A DNA stretch of 62,479 nucleotides, counting the filler, from Chiloscyllium plagiosum (Eukaryota): NCBI RefSeq assembly GCF_004010195.1. It is 3 parts of one record of this genome, joined end to end, with 100 filler letters (N's around TTAATTAATTAA, not from the genome) between each part and the next. Parts side by side here need not be neighbours in the genome. Positions count along the whole stretch, not along the records: positions 46,480 to 62,479 come from NC_057712.1; 2 more parts are not named here. One strand, written 5' to 3'. Within the stretch, counting starts at the first letter, position 1. The number at the start of each line of letters is the position of its first letter. The translations under genes were made by a program, and so were the position numbers. Shown piece after piece: positions 60,813 through 62,479 of the stretch. Under the pieces are notes generated by a model. It was given only the letters and a program-made list of their open reading frames with translations. It had not been told where the DNA came from and made no database searches.

Positions 60813-61890
60813 GTGTGAAGTCACATGGTGTGCAGGGTGTTCTAGCGAGGTGGATAAAGAACTGGTTGAGCAACAGGAGACAGAGAGTAGTGGTTGAAGG
60901 GAGTTTCTCGAAATGGAGAAAGGTGACCAGTGGTGTTCCACAGGGGTCAGTTTTGGGGCCACTGTTGTTTGTAATATACATAAATGATCTGGAAGAAATT
61001 CTAGCGCGAATTATACAATGAATGGAAGAGCCTTGGGAAAAGTTGATGGGCAGAGAGATCTGGGAGTGCAGGTCCATTGTACCCTGAAGGTTGCTGCACA
61101 GGTGGATAGAGTGGTCAAGAAGGCATAGGTATGCTTGCCTTCATTGGACAGGGTATTGAGTATAAGAGCTGGCAGGTCATGTTAAAATTGTACAGGACAT
61201 TGGTTCAGCTACATTTAGAATACTGTGTACAGTTCTGGTCGCCACATTACCAAAAGGATGTGGATGCTTTGGAGAGGGTGCAGAGAAGGTTTACGAGGAT
61301 GTTGCCTGGTATGGAAGGTGCTAGCTATGAAGAGAGGTTGAGTAGGTTAGGTTTGTTTTCACTAGCAAAAAAGGAGATTATGGGGGGACCTATTTGAGGT
61401 TTACAAAATCATGAAGGGTATAGACAGGGTGGTTGGAGACAAGCTTTTTCCCAGGGTGAAGGATTCAATAACCAGAGTTCATGCTTTCACGGTGAGAGGT
61501 GAAAAGTTTAAGGGGGATACACGCAGCAAGTACCTCACACAGAGGGTGGTGGGTGTCTGGAACACATTCCCAGCAGAGGTGGTAGAGTCAATTCATTTAA
61601 GATGAGTCTGGACAGATGCATGAGTAGGTGGGGAGCAGAGGTAAAAACAATGACTGCAGATGCTGGAAACCAGATTACGGAATAGAGTGGGGCTGGAAAA
61701 GCACAGCAGTCCAGGCAGTATCCGAGGAGCAGGAAAATCGACGTTTCGGGCAAAAGCCCTTCATTAGGTGGGGAGCAGAGGGATACAGATGCTGAGGGAT
61801 TGACTGACAGGTTTAGACAGGACATTTGGATCAGCTCAGGCTTGGAGGGCTGAAGGGCCTGTTCCTGGGCTGTAAATTTTCTTTGTTCTT
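60813..61890 (+). mobile_element. CR1-type LINE, internally deleted RT to 3' end
   Basis: [38 protein letters not shown]. Confidence 0.92.
61642..61764 (-). mobile_element. Short Penelope-derived insert (123 bp) in CR1
   Basis: Perfect 17-bp TSD taggtggggagcagagg at 61625-61641 and 61765-61781; minus strand starts inside the core: ATGAagggcttttgcccGAAACGTC. Confidence 0.9.
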
Positions 61891-61964
61891 TGACTAGTGA
61901 AAGTTAGAACAACTGACTCCATATCCCTCACTCCTCCCCATACCATTCCCTGTAATTGAAATAT

Positions 61965-62479
61965 GCATGTGGGTATGTAGATGACTGTGTGTGAGTGCAT
62001 GTGTCTGTATGAGAGAGAGAGTGGGTAAGTGTGTGTCCTTGCGTGCGTCTTTGCCTGTGTGTGTGCATGTGAGAAAATGAAAGTCTTTGTGTACATTTAT
62101 GTGTGTGTCTTTCTGAGAAAGTGTATGTGCGTGCATGGTGTATGGCTGTGTGTGTGTGTGTGTGTGCACACATGTGAGAGACTGTGCATGTCCATATAAG
62201 AAGTGTTTGTGTGCATGAGTGAGTGTGCGAGTATGTTTGAGTGAATGTGTTCGTGTGTGAGACAATGCGTGAATGTGTGTCTGTGTCTGTGTATGTGAGA
62301 GTGAGTGTGTGTGAATGAATGAGTGATTGTGTGTGAGAGTGAATGTGTATGAGAATGAGTGTGTTAATGAGTGTGAGTGTGTAAGCAAGAATATGTTTTG
62401 TGTTTGAGAGTGAATGAGCATGTGAGTAGGTGTGTGTGAGTGAATATATGAGTGAGCATGTGAGTTTGTGTGAAAGTGA
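61965..62479. repeat. Degenerate (TG)n/(TGAG)n microsatellite tract
   Basis: Seen directly. Confidence 0.9.

Noticed and set aside
61836..62421. His/Thr-rich ORFs (also 32303-32685)
   Set aside because: Translations of (CA)n/(TG)n microsatellites.

Overview
Eukaryotic, repeat-rich vertebrate DNA, most likely a shark (V-SINE/HE1-type SINEs, CR1-type LINEs with (CTATGACT)n tails, Penelope-like elements, a DeuSINE). The window is three contigs joined by two identical artificial 100-bp spacers (N44-TTAATTAATTAA-N44), so linkage across 15386 and 46380 is unverified. Two host genes are supported, both on the minus strand. (1) Five consecutive, phase-compatible GT-AG coding exons of CFAP206 (892-14484); the start-codon exon was not found and the gene continues off the left edge. 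(2) An intact single-coding-exon epiplakin-like gene (47786-51724, 1312 aa) with only four plakin-repeat domains, three nearly identical at DNA level. Most other ORFs in the track are transposon debris. The most notable unexplained signal is a set of minimal hammerhead-ribozyme motifs in several Penelope-derived subfamilies with covarying stems, many present as ~100-130 bp TSD-flanked inserts whose 5' ends cluster at the ribozyme. Other items: a Gmr1-like Gypsy relic, a near-perfect 27x36-bp G-rich minisatellite and CTCF-like sites. Repeat boundaries are by-eye estimates and no database search was run.
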